This document shows positions 17,717 to 27,425 of a DNA stretch of 64,000 bases, one piece after another. A model generated the notes under the pieces. It was not told the DNA's origin and ran no database searches. It was given only the letters and a program-made list of their open reading frames with translations. Both the position numbers and the translations under genes were made by a program. Within the stretch, counting starts at the first letter, position 1, and the number at the start of each line of letters is the position of its first letter. Origin of the DNA: a virus; IMG/VR virus record IMGVR_UViG_3300017766_005733, positions 32,001 to 96,000 of that record; one strand, 5' to 3'.

Positions 17717-19126
17717 TCAGCGCAGGTTGTCGATCAGCGCGTTCTTGCGGGGCTGCATGACCGCCAGCGTCGCGAAGCGGAAGTGCGCCTCGGGGATGCT
17801 GAGGTCGGCAACCGCCAGCTTCAGGCGGCTGTACGGCGCCAGTTCCTTGATCTCCATCGTATCGCCCTGAAGCAGGAAGCCGGTGACGAAGCCGGGCTGC
17901 TTGTTGCCGATGTCGATGAAGCTGGTGGTGCCGGTGGCCGCGGCCACGACGCGACCGATGAACTTCGCCGACGCCGCCGTGCCGCCAGCGGCGGAACGGT
18001 AGACGTTGAGGAAGCGGGTCGTGCCCGAGCCCGAGGGCGTGATCACCAGCGTGACGCCGTGACCGGCGGTCGCGATGGTGGCCGACGACGACAGCGAGGC
18101 CGCCGACTCACCGACTTCGTTACCAGCGGTAACGTAGTAGGTGTAGACCTCACCAGCGAGGAACGGCGTCGTGGCGCCCGAGATGGCACCCGGCGTCGCC
18201 GACGTGAGGGTCGGAGCCGACGGGCCGTCGGGACGCGACGGAGACGGACGGGTCTTGCCGCTGAGGAAGCGCGAGGCCTCCACGGCGACCGTCGCGTTCG
18301 ACGTCCACTGCTTGCGGAGGTCCGCGCCCGTCGCGCCCTGCGGCGAGCCGGCGAGGATGATGCGCTCCTTGCCGAAGACGATGCGGTTGTAGACGCTGAG
18401 GACGCGCGGGTCGACGACCAGCTTGTCCGCATTGCCCATGTGCATCGCCGAACGAACCGACGCTTCCTCGATCAGGTCCTGCGAGAGCGCGCCGCCACCG
18501 GGGACAACGCACGACTCATCGGCACCGAACTCGGCGAAGTAGCGGTCCTGCGCCGTCGCCTGATTGTCCGACTGACGGATCTGCACGTCCACGCCGATCA
18601 TGTTCGCCATGACGCCGGGGATCGCGAGCGGGTTGCCGTCGAAGACACCAGCGTTGCTGAAGTCGGCGCGACCACGGAAGAGGTCGAACTCGACGTCGGC
18701 AGCGATGATCTTCGCAGCGTCGGCAGCCGCACGGTCATCCGCAGCCACACCGTCGACCGTCGACACGAGCGTCGAGGCGATGGTCACGCGGCGGTGGTGG
18801 CTGTAGTAGCACATCGGCACGACCACACGCACGAAGTCGCTGGTCTTCTCGGCGCCGAGGTTGCCTTCCAGCTGCGCCGAACCACCGAAGTGGCCGTACG
18901 ACAGCTGACGGTCGAACTGAGCGAGGGTCGACTTGACGGCCTTCGACTTCAGCATCGACTGCAGCTTGATGTGGCTGTCGTCGAAGGTGACGTTCTCAAG
19001 GACCGGCGACAGGTCTTCGACCTGAAGCGCGGCGCCCTGAACGAGGGACGAGGGGGCAGCGTTGTAGGAGCCGGCTTCAAGGGCCTTGACCAGCTTCTCC
19101 AGCTGCTCGATGGAACTCGGGTTCAT
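17717..19126 (-). CDS. Major capsid protein (SPO1/Twort-like type)
   Basis: N-terminal LVKALEAG...GAALQVEDL, typical size, downstream of the scaffold, GGAGG RBS, strong terminator, highly biased codons. Confidence 0.85.
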   Translation of the reverse strand: MNPSSIEQLEKLVKALEAGSYNAAPSSLVQGAALQVEDLSPVLENVTFDDSHIKLQSMLKSKAVKSTLAQFDRQLSYGHFGGSAQLEGNLGAEKTSDFVRVVVPMCYYSHHRRVTIASTLVSTVDGVAADDRAAADAAKIIAADVEFDLFRGRADFSNAGVFDGNPLAIPGVMANMIGVDVQIRQSDNQATAQDRYFAEFGADESCVVPGGGALSQDLIEEASVRSAMHMGNADKLVVDPRVLSVYNRIVFGKERIILAGSPQGATGADLRKQWTSNATVAVEASRFLSGKTRPSPSRPDGPSAPTLTSATPGAISGATTPFLAGEVYTYYVTAGNEVGESAASLSSSATIATAGHGVTLVITPSGSGTTRFLNVYRSAAGGTAASAKFIGRVVAAATGTTSFIDIGNKQPGFVTGFLLQGDTMEIKELAPYSRLKLAVADLSIPEAHFRFATLAVMQPRKNALIDNLR

Positions 19127-19182
19127 TGTATCCTCCAGTACGGTTTCCCGTCAGCGACGGGGAAATGGGTTGAGACTTCGAT

Positions 19183-20028
19183 TCACTTCAGCAGATGGGA
19201 CAACTTGCTCGCATCGACGTTGCCGCCGAGGAAGAAGTCGTTGATGAGTTCGCGATCGCTCTTGGTCAGCGACGCATCGCGGACCTTGGAGCGCAGCTTC
19301 GCGGCCATCTCCGACTTCGACAGCTTCGGCGCCACGGCGGCAGCCGCGGGCGTCAGCATGGTTTCGGCCTTGCGCATGGGCTTGGAGACGACGGCCTCAA
19401 AGGCGCCGATCACTCGCTCCAACATCTTGCCCTGCTCCTCAAGGCTCTTCTTCAGGGCGGCGACCTCGGTGGTCTCCGACTTCGCGATGGGCTTCATCTG
19501 CCCACCGTTGCCGTCGGCCTTCATCTCGCCCTTCATCGCCGGCGGCGGAGCCGCGGGAGCCGATGCCTCAGGGGCGCCGGCACCAGCAGCAGGACCACCA
19601 GCGCCCATGCCGCCACCCATCGCCGCAGCGAGGGCAGCCTGAGCCGCTTCCGCGTGCATCTTCAGTTCGTCAAGCGGCAGCTTGGCGTACTCAGACTGCA
19701 GCGCAGCCGGGTCCATGGCGCCACCAGCGTCGGGACCCTCGCCACCCTCGTCACCGGGGGCAGCCGGGTCGTCGGCCGGCGACGCGGAGGCCTCAGCGCC
19801 ATTGGCGCTTTCCTCCGACGGACCACCGTCGTCGTCTTCCGCGGCGGGGGCCGGGGCCGAAGCCTCGCCCGCGTCGTCGGCATCCATCTTCGACTTCTCG
19901 TCATCACCCGCGGCCTTGGCCAGCTTCTCAGCCCGGTCCTTCTCCGACTTCGCGATGTTGACGAGGACATTCTGGACATCGGCCAGAATGGCATCGATGT
20001 CGACGTTCGTGAGATCAGGGGTAGACAT
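19183..20028 (-). CDS. Capsid scaffolding protein
   Basis: Acidic Ala/Pro-rich coiled coil directly upstream of MCP; seven [LIM]xK[SA] motifs; AAGGAGG RBS. Confidence 0.7.
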   Translation of the reverse strand: MSTPDLTNVDIDAILADVQNVLVNIAKSEKDRAEKLAKAAGDDEKSKMDADDAGEASAPAPAAEDDDGGPSEESANGAEASASPADDPAAPGDEGGEGPDAGGAMDPAALQSEYAKLPLDELKMHAEAAQAALAAAMGGGMGAGGPAAGAGAPEASAPAAPPPAMKGEMKADGNGGQMKPIAKSETTEVAALKKSLEEQGKMLERVIGAFEAVVSKPMRKAETMLTPAAAAVAPKLSKSEMAAKLRSKVRDASLTKSDRELINDFFLGGNVDASKLSHLLK

Positions 20029-20067
20029 GGTGTAGTCCTCCTTGTTGAGTTTTGAGGAATACAACCA

Positions 20068-20526
20068 TCACTGGTTGCCGATCATCCCAAAGTCAAGGCT
20101 CGCGTCGAGGCGCACCTTCAGCTTGGACGAAACGCAGTCGGCCTCGCCCGGAGCCGCGCCGTTGGGCTCCTCAAAGACTTCCAGAGCCGCGCCCTTACGC
20201 GCGCAAACGGCGATGATCGTCGAGAGCGTGGCGAGGGTGTTGACGTCAGCACCGGCGCCAGCCGCGTTGTTCGCCTCAAAGACGACCTGAATGACGTGGG
20301 GCGAGAAGACCTGCGAGGCAACGCCAAGGACGTTGTTCGCCGTCCACGGCTGCGGGATCACGCGCAGGTAGCAACCCGCGGCACCGGCCGTGCCCGCGCC
20401 GACAACCAGCTGCGGATTGAGCAGCGAGTCCTGACCCTTGGTCTGGGGCGTGATGGACGAAAGGCGCTTGGAGAGTTCTTCGGCGATGGCGTCGAGGAGA
20501 GCGACGGCCTTCTGAGTAGCAGCCAT
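20068..20526 (-). CDS. Virion protein (possible head decoration)
   Basis: First gene of the scaffold-MCP operon; AGGAG RBS. Confidence 0.55.
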   Translation of the reverse strand: MAATQKAVALLDAIAEELSKRLSSITPQTKGQDSLLNPQLVVGAGTAGAAGCYLRVIPQPWTANNVLGVASQVFSPHVIQVVFEANNAAGAGADVNTLATLSTIIAVCARKGAALEVFEEPNGAAPGEADCVSSKLKVRLDASLDFGMIGNQ

Positions 20527-20623
20527 GTTAGACTCCTGTGAAGTTGGCTTCCGTCAAGATAACGGAAGCGAAGCATCAGATTGCGAGTTTCTCTGTGACC
20601 CATCAAAATGCTACATACAGGGT

Positions 20624-20980
20624 ATGCTTGAGTGCCGTCGCTGCCGCCAATACCTACCCGAAGACTGCTTCCACAACGACTCGTCACGGCCTACAGGAAA
20701 GGCTATGGTATGTCGCACATGTCGCAGCACTAGAGATCGCAGCGCCGAAATACGGCGTCAGGCAGCCAAAAGGCACCCGGTAGCCTGTCGAGTCTGCAGC
20801 CAACATCGCCAGCTGGTTGACGATGGCGTGTGTCGAAAATGCCTCCGGCACCAAGGGCTTCAATGGTGCCCAAGGTGCCGGGAGGTGAAGACTCTGTTTC
20901 TTGACTTCTATGGCGACGCATCGATCTGCGTCGCCTGTCGGCTATCGCGTAAGGTCGCGAACGGCGAAGCCCGTGAGTAG
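20624..20980 (+). CDS. Cys-rich Zn-finger protein on the opposite strand
   Basis: Six CxxC pairs (CRRC, CRTC, CRVC, CRKC, CPRC, CVAC). Confidence 0.55.
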   Translation: MLECRRCRQYLPEDCFHNDSSRPTGKAMVCRTCRSTRDRSAEIRRQAAKRHPVACRVCSQHRQLVDDGVCRKCLRHQGLQWCPRCREVKTLFLDFYGDASICVACRLSRKVANGEARE

Positions 20981-21175
20981 ATCGGATTTGGGCAGGTGTG
21001 GCGCCAGCCGCCGCTTGGCTTCGGCCACGAGTTCAAACAGGGGGCGATTGGCGTCCATGATGACCTCATGGTAGGGTGTGCCGATCAGTCGCACGCGCAC
21101 GCCCACCGTGCGATGACCGATGGCGATCTTGCCGTCTTCAGCCAGTGGCACCACGATATATTTGCCGTCAACCAT
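20942..21175 (-). CDS. Small hypothetical protein
   Basis: Overlaps the GGDEF gene stop; AAGGA RBS. Confidence 0.5.
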   Translation of the reverse strand: MVDGKYIVVPLAEDGKIAIGHRTVGVRVRLIGTPYHEVIMDANRPLFELVAEAKRRLAPHLPKSDLLTGFAVRDLTR

Positions 21176-22415
21176 TTTCCTTACCTCCCGGCGCCACGGT
21201 AGCGGGCTGCGGCGCGGGAGTCAAGGAGGAAGACATGGCTGGCTGCTTGAGCAGGGAGTGGAAGCGCAGGGGCTTGGTGGGCTGCACCATGCGCGCATCC
21301 ATGCCCGGATTCTGGGCAAGAGCCTCGGCGATTTCTGCCCTCTTGCCATCCTTCGCCATCAGCAGTGCATCGTCGGCGACCTTGGGGTTTTCGCCAAGGC
21401 CAACGCTGAAGCCCACCTTGTGGGTGCCGCCGACGTCTGGCAGCTTCGACAGGTTGTCGTGCAGCTGGCGCAAGACCATGTGCGCCTGCTCCGGCGTCTT
21501 CGTCCAGAAGTGGAACTCGTCGCCGCCAAACCGATGCGCCTTGGCGTTGTCGTGCCCCACCGTCTGATCGATGGCCGAACGCAGGGACTGCCCCAGAGAC
21601 TGGATGGCCTTGTCGCCTTCAGGGTGGCCATGGGCGTCGTTGATAGCCTTCATGCCGTCGCCGTCCAGCATCGCGTGGACGCCGGTCTGGGCTTCGGGGC
21701 TGGCCATGAAGTCGCGGTACGCTCGCTTGTTACCCAGCGACGGAATCATCTCGTCGTGGTAGAGTTCCTTGCGCAGGGCCTCGTAGTGGTCTTTGTGCAG
21801 GTGCCCGGCGTCAACCAGCGCCCTCAACTGCGAGAAGGTATCGTTCAGCGACGACTTCCGGAGAGGCGCAAAGGCTTCAAAAGCCTTCATCGCCGACTTC
21901 TTGAAGTCACCCAGATCCGGGGGCGTGACATAAGTGATCTTGGCTACGCCCTTCTTGGCGTTGTCCAGCATCACCTGCACATCGTCGCGCGAGACCTCTT
22001 TGCCGTCGAGAGTCAACCGGCCACTCTTCGCCTCCAGCACCCGCGGGACGCTGTAGCCCTCACGATGATAATGGAAGACGCCGTCGCGGGTCGGGGCTTG
22101 CGTGACTTCGCCGCCATCAGCGGCGTCTGAGTCACCGAAGACCTCGTTCTCCCAATCGTCGACCTGTGCCTGCTCGTTGGCCGGCTTCTTCTTGTCGACG
22201 AGGTAGTAGTGGCTGTTCATCAGCGACTCAATGCGGCTCTGGTGTCGCGCCAGAGGCTGCTCATCGAGGCCGTCAAGGATGCCTTCGTGGTCTTCCACGA
22301 CGTGGATAACGCCGTCGTGAAGGATGTACTTGCCGACAAGGCGCGGATGCACGCTCATCCGCTTGAAATCGGGATGAAGAGCGTAGACGAGATAGGTATC
22401 AAAAGTCGGCATCAT
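21168..22415 (-). CDS. GGDEF-domain diguanylate cyclase in the head operon
   Basis: LGNKRAY...MLDGDGMKAINDAHGHPEGDKAI...HRFGGDEF...FSVG...ADDALLMAK; catalytic motif intact. Confidence 0.88.
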   Translation of the reverse strand: MMPTFDTYLVYALHPDFKRMSVHPRLVGKYILHDGVIHVVEDHEGILDGLDEQPLARHQSRIESLMNSHYYLVDKKKPANEQAQVDDWENEVFGDSDAADGGEVTQAPTRDGVFHYHREGYSVPRVLEAKSGRLTLDGKEVSRDDVQVMLDNAKKGVAKITYVTPPDLGDFKKSAMKAFEAFAPLRKSSLNDTFSQLRALVDAGHLHKDHYEALRKELYHDEMIPSLGNKRAYRDFMASPEAQTGVHAMLDGDGMKAINDAHGHPEGDKAIQSLGQSLRSAIDQTVGHDNAKAHRFGGDEFHFWTKTPEQAHMVLRQLHDNLSKLPDVGGTHKVGFSVGLGENPKVADDALLMAKDGKRAEIAEALAQNPGMDARMVQPTKPLRFHSLLKQPAMSSSLTPAPQPATVAPGGKENG

Positions 22416-22418
22416 GGC

Positions 22419-25400
22419 TCAGACCTTATCCTTCGGACGCAAGATGTCAAGAGAGGTCTGGGGCGCAACACCGAGCGACTGCAAAGCACGCAGAAGTTCG
22501 GCCTTGGAAAGAGTCGCCAGCCCCTCGCCGGCAGACTTCTCAAGGGTGCTCTTGCTGCACTTCCAGCGCTTGAGGGCCGCCCCCTTCGGAGTCAGCTTGC
22601 CGTCCTTCGATGTGGGTCCCTTGACACCGCTCATCCGCGCACAAAAACTCTTGCGCCTCTTGGCGGCTTTGGAGCCGGGCTCGACCTTGCCCGTCACAGG
22701 CCTCTTGAGGTTGCTGCCCTCTTCGCGATTGACCTTCTCGCGGTAGGAATCGCTCAGACCCCCGCTGCGACTGTGACGATTCTTGTTGTAGCCGTGGAAA
22801 GGCTTGTCTGCCTTGTCGAGGGCGTCGTCGAGATCCTTGGAGACTTCAGTCTCAGCGATCTTTTCTCCAGTCTTTTCGTCGTAGATGCACAGGTGGCTGC
22901 CTTCTTCGTGATGGCAGTGCTCGACGATGTAGGCCCCAATGTGGACATGATCTGTTCCACACTCAGAGCACTCCTCATCGTCGTGCGCGTCTTCGTTGTC
23001 AGTCTTCTTCATCTTCCGAGTGGGGCCTGAGGTGGAAGCCGACTTCATCCCCGACCAATCGCTTCGCTGCCAGTCCTCGGGTTCATCCGAGTGCAGTTCC
23101 TGTCCCGCGGGCGCAAAGTCCTTGCCTTCAAACAGTCCGCGATCAGACCACGGCGCCGGCGTATCCGTCGTTGCGCCGGGTTTCGTCCAAGCGTCGCGCA
23201 GCGCATAGAAGTCACGCATGACGCCATCGACGGCTCGATCGCCCAGCCCCATCCCCTCCATCTCCGCTCGCAGTTTTGGGCCATTCAGATTCCGAAGCCA
23301 TTCGACGGCATCGGGATGGACCGGGGATGACTTCGGGTCCATCATCGCGCGGCCGGCAACCCTGCCCTTGCTTTGAGCCGCGGGACGCGCCTTTTCAAAC
23401 TCGTACACCTTCAGGTAATGGGGCTTGCGGAGTTCCCGCGGCTGCAGCCCCGACCCCGGCTCTTGATGAAGCTGAGCCTCCAGCGACTGCGTTCCTTCTT
23501 GCGCTGTGTTGCGGAAGGTGTGGCCGTGGTCGATCAGCTTGAGGCTCAGCTTACCGTCGTCGGCGCGCGAGAACAGGTAGTTGTTGCCGTGGCGATCGTC
23601 GTTGCCAAGGATGTAGTTCATGGCCGCCAACTTGTGCAGTTCGCCGGCATCGCCGAGGTGCATCAGCGTCTTCAGGTGTGCTGCACTGCCGGAGTTGTGA
23701 TGCTCCGGGTTCTTGACCATCTCCTGCATGCTCATTTCCCAGCCGCCGGGATGGTTGGCCATCGCCGTCAGCGGGACGTACTCGCCGAGACCAAAGACGT
23801 CGCGCGCCAGATTGTGGTACGCAGTTTCGCGAGCCCCCATGTGCGGATACGACCACTCGTGGCCATGCTTCACGAGCACCAACCGCTTGCCGTCGGGATG
23901 CGGAATCCACATCTGCGTTGGCGACGTCAGCGATTCTGTGGCGTGAACAGGCTTGGCCTTCAGGTTCCGGCTCAGATCCACGCCGTCAATCAGCGCCTTC
24001 TGCTCTGGCGTGTTGTTGATGCGATCGCTGCCATCGGCAGCCGTGATCTTGACGGCGGCGATGCGCTTTGGGTTTTTCTCGACCAGATCCGCTTCCTGAG
24101 CCAATCCCAGCGAATGCCGCGACGAGTCAGCGGGGCCTTCACCCCTCGTCGGCGCGGCTTCAGTAGGGTTTCCGTTGGCCTTCTTCAGCTGAGCCGCGGC
24201 GTTGCGAACCTCGACCGACAGCTTCTCGGCCTTGAGGATCGGGTCCTCGTTCTCTGAGCCGTGCATGAGCAGCGGCAGCAGCTGCGAGTAGTAGCGGAAC
24301 GAGGCCTCTTCTTCGCCGTGGTGATTGATCCAGTGACGAACAAGGGCGGCGGCAAGACGCGGATCGATGAGCGGACCCGACCTTTCGGACTTCTTGAAGC
24401 CAAAGCGCAGATTGGCCTGCGGCGCCGGCGATTCGGGCAGCGGCGTCGAGCGGGCTGGAACCGTCTGTTGCGATTCCTTGGGGTCCTGCAGGAGGCGCTG
24501 AACTTCGTCAAACAGAGGACGGTGGCTGGCCGCCTGATTGTGAGCGACGTTCGCTCGCTTGTGCTCCATCAAGCGCTCGTGCGGAGCGATCGAAAGCCAG
24601 TGCCCCCAGAAAGCCGGGAAAACCGCCTGTTCCGGGTTGTCCTTGAAGTAGGATCCAAACTCCGGATGCTGAAGCATCAGCTTTACCGACGGATGATTGC
24701 GGTAATACCAGCGATCCATCGCCGACAGAAGTTCGCTATTCTTCGGGTTCCAAAGAATGTCATCGCGAACGTGGTGGATCGAGTTCTTGTCTTTGTCCTT
24801 GTCAAGACCAAAGAGATGGCGGCTGAAGTGAGTGTCGGGGACGAAGGAGTTGCCGGCCCCCAGCATCGCGTAGGCGAAGCGCGCGGTCTTGGGCGCCAGC
24901 CCCGGAATGTGCAGACCCTGAAAAGCACCCGGATCGGGCTTGCCCTTATCGAGCGCTCGCTTGCGGGAAGCCTCCCACAACTCCGCCTTGCCCTTGTTGC
25001 CCATCAACTCAGCCACCGCCGAACGACCGTCAACGCCGTGGCGAGCCACGAGATCCTTCATGTGCTGGTGAGCATCTGCGTAGCGCGCCATGTTGGCGAA
25101 CTTGTTGTGCGGCAGCATGAAGGAAGTGCGCTCGCCGGCGAGGCGTCCCGTCTGCGTGGAATCTCGCTGATTCGTCACGAGGTTGCCGATGTGCTGCGTG
25201 AAGTAGTCGCGCGACGACTGCGGCCAAGCCTGCGGCTGGTCGCGCGACATCCAGTCCTGCTTGACCTCCGGAGACCCGAAGCGTGGATCGCGGATGTCCA
25301 TGCCCTTGTCCTTGAAGGTGTCCAGCAGGTAGCTGTACATCATTTCATGAACGGGCACGGGTGTGTTGGGGCTCAACTGCGAGAAGGCCACCGACGTCGC

Positions 25401-27128
25401 CAGCACCGCCTCTGGCAGCCGCCCCTGCTTCAGGGCCTGATTCAGCTTGATCCAGTTGCCAACAGCGTAGTCGTGCTGGCGGCGAACCTCAGGTGAGTTC
25501 CAAACCTGACGGAACTTCTCGCCTGAATCACTATCGGCATCCGGGTTGTAGAGGCTGAAGTGGCCGTTCTTGGTCTTCAACTGGCCTGTGTGCTCGTTGA
25601 ACGTCATCTCCGGACCCGAAAGGCCCGTGGGCTTGACGCCTTCGCCGCGGATCGTAAACGCAGGAGCCTCAGGAGCCTTGGGCGCTTTAGCGGCGGGGGC
25701 CTTCGGGGCGGGCGCGGCCTTCTCTGGAGCAGAAGCCTTCTCTGGAGCAGCAGCCTTCGGCTCCGCGGCCTTGCGGGCCTTTGCCAGCGGCTCAGCCTTC
25801 CGCAGCTTCGCGCGGATGTCGGTGGCGAGGTCGGTGAAGTGATCGAGGTAGTTGTCGCTGACCTCCGGAAGCTGAGACTTCAGAAAGTCGCGCATGCTGC
25901 CCTTTGACTCATGGTATTCCTGAGCCAACTTCACCAGCTTCTTCGCCAGTTCCTCGCGCTGCAGAGCCGCGCCGCCCATGAGGCTAGAGGGCGAGCCGGT
26001 GGCCATGCCCGCGTCCATTGCCTTCTTCATGCCCGTCTCCTGTTCACTCTTGCGCGCCTTCGACTCAGTGATGTCGATGGCGTCCATGGTCTTGAGTCCG
26101 ACCTTCTTGGCCGCAAAATGACGGTGATTGCCGTCGACGATGTCCCAGCCCCCGGCTCCGGAGCGGCGAACGACGGCCGGCGGCAGCTTGTCGTGCTGCG
26201 CCATCTGAACGTACATCGCATAGCGATCGTAGTTCTTGATGGGGTTGAGGTTCTGGGCGCTGTCGACGTCGATCGTGATCTTCTTGCCGCCGCCAAAGTG
26301 CTGCTTCAGGGCCTTCTCGTACGCGCCATCCCAGCGCTTGCGATCGGGAGTGCCGGCACGGGGGATAACGACGCCGTCCTCGGACTCCCACTGCTTTGGG
26401 GGCTTGGGGGGCTTCGGCAACACCGGCTTCTTGGCAGCCGGCTTCGGCTCCTTGGAGGCCTTCAGTGCCTTCCAGAGGGTCTGCTGCTCAGCCGCATCCT
26501 GCTCGATCTCGCCCGAAGAGCCGAGGCGGCCGTAGAGCGGGTGCTCTTTCTTCACCAACTCGGCGATCGGCTTCTTGGGCTTCTTCTCGTAGCCCTCGGG
26601 GGCGTTGGGGTCGACCACGAGGTCGCTGTCGCAGGTCTTGTTGCAGGGCTTGATGGTCAGCGCCACGCGACGCGCGATCGTGCGCTTGAGTTTGTTGCCA
26701 TCGCGCTCCAGCGTGGAGCCGTCGATCGAGAACCGGACAAGGATCTGTTCCTTGTTCTTCACCGCGTCACGGACCTGAGCAGCCAGCCCCTGAGCCGAGA
26801 GGTGACCGGCGCCGTCATAGAGCCGCACCATGCCGTAGATGAAGGGCACCTTGACCTTTTTCCAGAACATCTTCTGGCGGTCGTCGTCGGCGTCCGACTC
26901 CTGCATGATCTTCTTGGCGAAAACGATCTTGCCGACGATGTCCTGCGACGTAGCGCCGGTGGACTCGTCGTTGCGGTGCTCGTAGTTGGCGAGCCCACGC
27001 CCCTCGATCATCTCACTGATGTCACAGCCCTCGATGTCGAGGACTTCACCACTGGAATCCCATACCTGACTGGCAAAAATGCCATCAAGAATCATTCCAT
27101 TGGAACCATCAATGATGTCGTTGTTCAT
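22419..27128 (-). CDS. Prohead protease fused to ParB-like, HhH-glycosylase-like, kinase-like and DUF6321-like domains (1569 aa)
   Basis: N-terminus GIFASQVWDSSGE...NYEH...FSIDG (phage maturation protease); IVDGNHR; IPGLAPKTARF...PDTHFSR; GNDDRHGNNYL...IDHG; RRKSFCARM...ALKRWKC. Sits between portal/MuF and scaffold. Confidence 0.8.
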   Translation of the reverse strand: MNNDIIDGSNGMILDGIFASQVWDSSGEVLDIEGCDISEMIEGRGLANYEHRNDESTGATSQDIVGKIVFAKKIMQESDADDDRQKMFWKKVKVPFIYGMVRLYDGAGHLSAQGLAAQVRDAVKNKEQILVRFSIDGSTLERDGNKLKRTIARRVALTIKPCNKTCDSDLVVDPNAPEGYEKKPKKPIAELVKKEHPLYGRLGSSGEIEQDAAEQQTLWKALKASKEPKPAAKKPVLPKPPKPPKQWESEDGVVIPRAGTPDRKRWDGAYEKALKQHFGGGKKITIDVDSAQNLNPIKNYDRYAMYVQMAQHDKLPPAVVRRSGAGGWDIVDGNHRHFAAKKVGLKTMDAIDITESKARKSEQETGMKKAMDAGMATGSPSSLMGGAALQREELAKKLVKLAQEYHESKGSMRDFLKSQLPEVSDNYLDHFTDLATDIRAKLRKAEPLAKARKAAEPKAAAPEKASAPEKAAPAPKAPAAKAPKAPEAPAFTIRGEGVKPTGLSGPEMTFNEHTGQLKTKNGHFSLYNPDADSDSGEKFRQVWNSPEVRRQHDYAVGNWIKLNQALKQGRLPEAVLATSVAFSQLSPNTPVPVHEMMYSYLLDTFKDKGMDIRDPRFGSPEVKQDWMSRDQPQAWPQSSRDYFTQHIGNLVTNQRDSTQTGRLAGERTSFMLPHNKFANMARYADAHQHMKDLVARHGVDGRSAVAELMGNKGKAELWEASRKRALDKGKPDPGAFQGLHIPGLAPKTARFAYAMLGAGNSFVPDTHFSRHLFGLDKDKDKNSIHHVRDDILWNPKNSELLSAMDRWYYRNHPSVKLMLQHPEFGSYFKDNPEQAVFPAFWGHWLSIAPHERLMEHKRANVAHNQAASHRPLFDEVQRLLQDPKESQQTVPARSTPLPESPAPQANLRFGFKKSERSGPLIDPRLAAALVRHWINHHGEEEASFRYYSQLLPLLMHGSENEDPILKAEKLSVEVRNAAAQLKKANGNPTEAAPTRGEGPADSSRHSLGLAQEADLVEKNPKRIAAVKITAADGSDRINNTPEQKALIDGVDLSRNLKAKPVHATESLTSPTQMWIPHPDGKRLVLVKHGHEWSYPHMGARETAYHNLARDVFGLGEYVPLTAMANHPGGWEMSMQEMVKNPEHHNSGSAAHLKTLMHLGDAGELHKLAAMNYILGNDDRHGNNYLFSRADDGKLSLKLIDHGHTFRNTAQEGTQSLEAQLHQEPGSGLQPRELRKPHYLKVYEFEKARPAAQSKGRVAGRAMMDPKSSPVHPDAVEWLRNLNGPKLRAEMEGMGLGDRAVDGVMRDFYALRDAWTKPGATTDTPAPWSDRGLFEGKDFAPAGQELHSDEPEDWQRSDWSGMKSASTSGPTRKMKKTDNEDAHDDEECSECGTDHVHIGAYIVEHCHHEEGSHLCIYDEKTGEKIAETEVSKDLDDALDKADKPFHGYNKNRHSRSGGLSDSYREKVNREEGSNLKRPVTGKVEPGSKAAKRRKSFCARMSGVKGPTSKDGKLTPKGAALKRWKCSKSTLEKSAGEGLATLSKAELLRALQSLGVAPQTSLDILRPKDKV

Positions 27129-27161
27129 GGACTACGTCCTCGGAAAGCAGTTGACGGGCGA

Positions 27162-27167
27162 AAGATT
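27162..27167 (-). promoter_or_regulatory. Putative late promoter AATCTT
   Basis: 34 nt upstream of the protease ATG 27128. Confidence 0.6.
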
Positions 27168-27209
27168 CCTCTTGACGCCCCCCTTGCGATGGCTGTAGCA
27201 TGCGAGGTC

Positions 27210-27425
27210 ATGGCAACCCAACTCACAAAACCCGTCGTCCGCGAAACCAACGTCATCATCAACGGGCGACCGCTGGTGGTGACCATCAGCCCCAACGGTA
27301 CCATCTCGTTCCGAGAAAAGGGTAGCCGAGGCCCGGTCTCGGAGTTCTCAACGACCTTGGCGGCCTGCTACCACATGGCCGTCAAGCAGGAGGTCTTGGC
27401 GACTAAGCGCGCCAAGGCCAGCTAA
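27210..27425 (+). CDS. Small hypothetical protein (71 aa) on the opposite strand
   Basis: GAGG RBS; TTGACG-N18-TAGCAT upstream; fills the gap between two minus-strand genes. Confidence 0.6.
   Translation: MATQLTKPVVRETNVIINGRPLVVTISPNGTISFREKGSRGPVSEFSTTLAACYHMAVKQEVLATKRAKAS

Noticed and set aside
25911-27425. 504-aa plus-strand ORF
   Set aside because: Mostly antisense to the protease gene; only the last 71 codons (27210-27425) have an RBS and a promoter-like signal.
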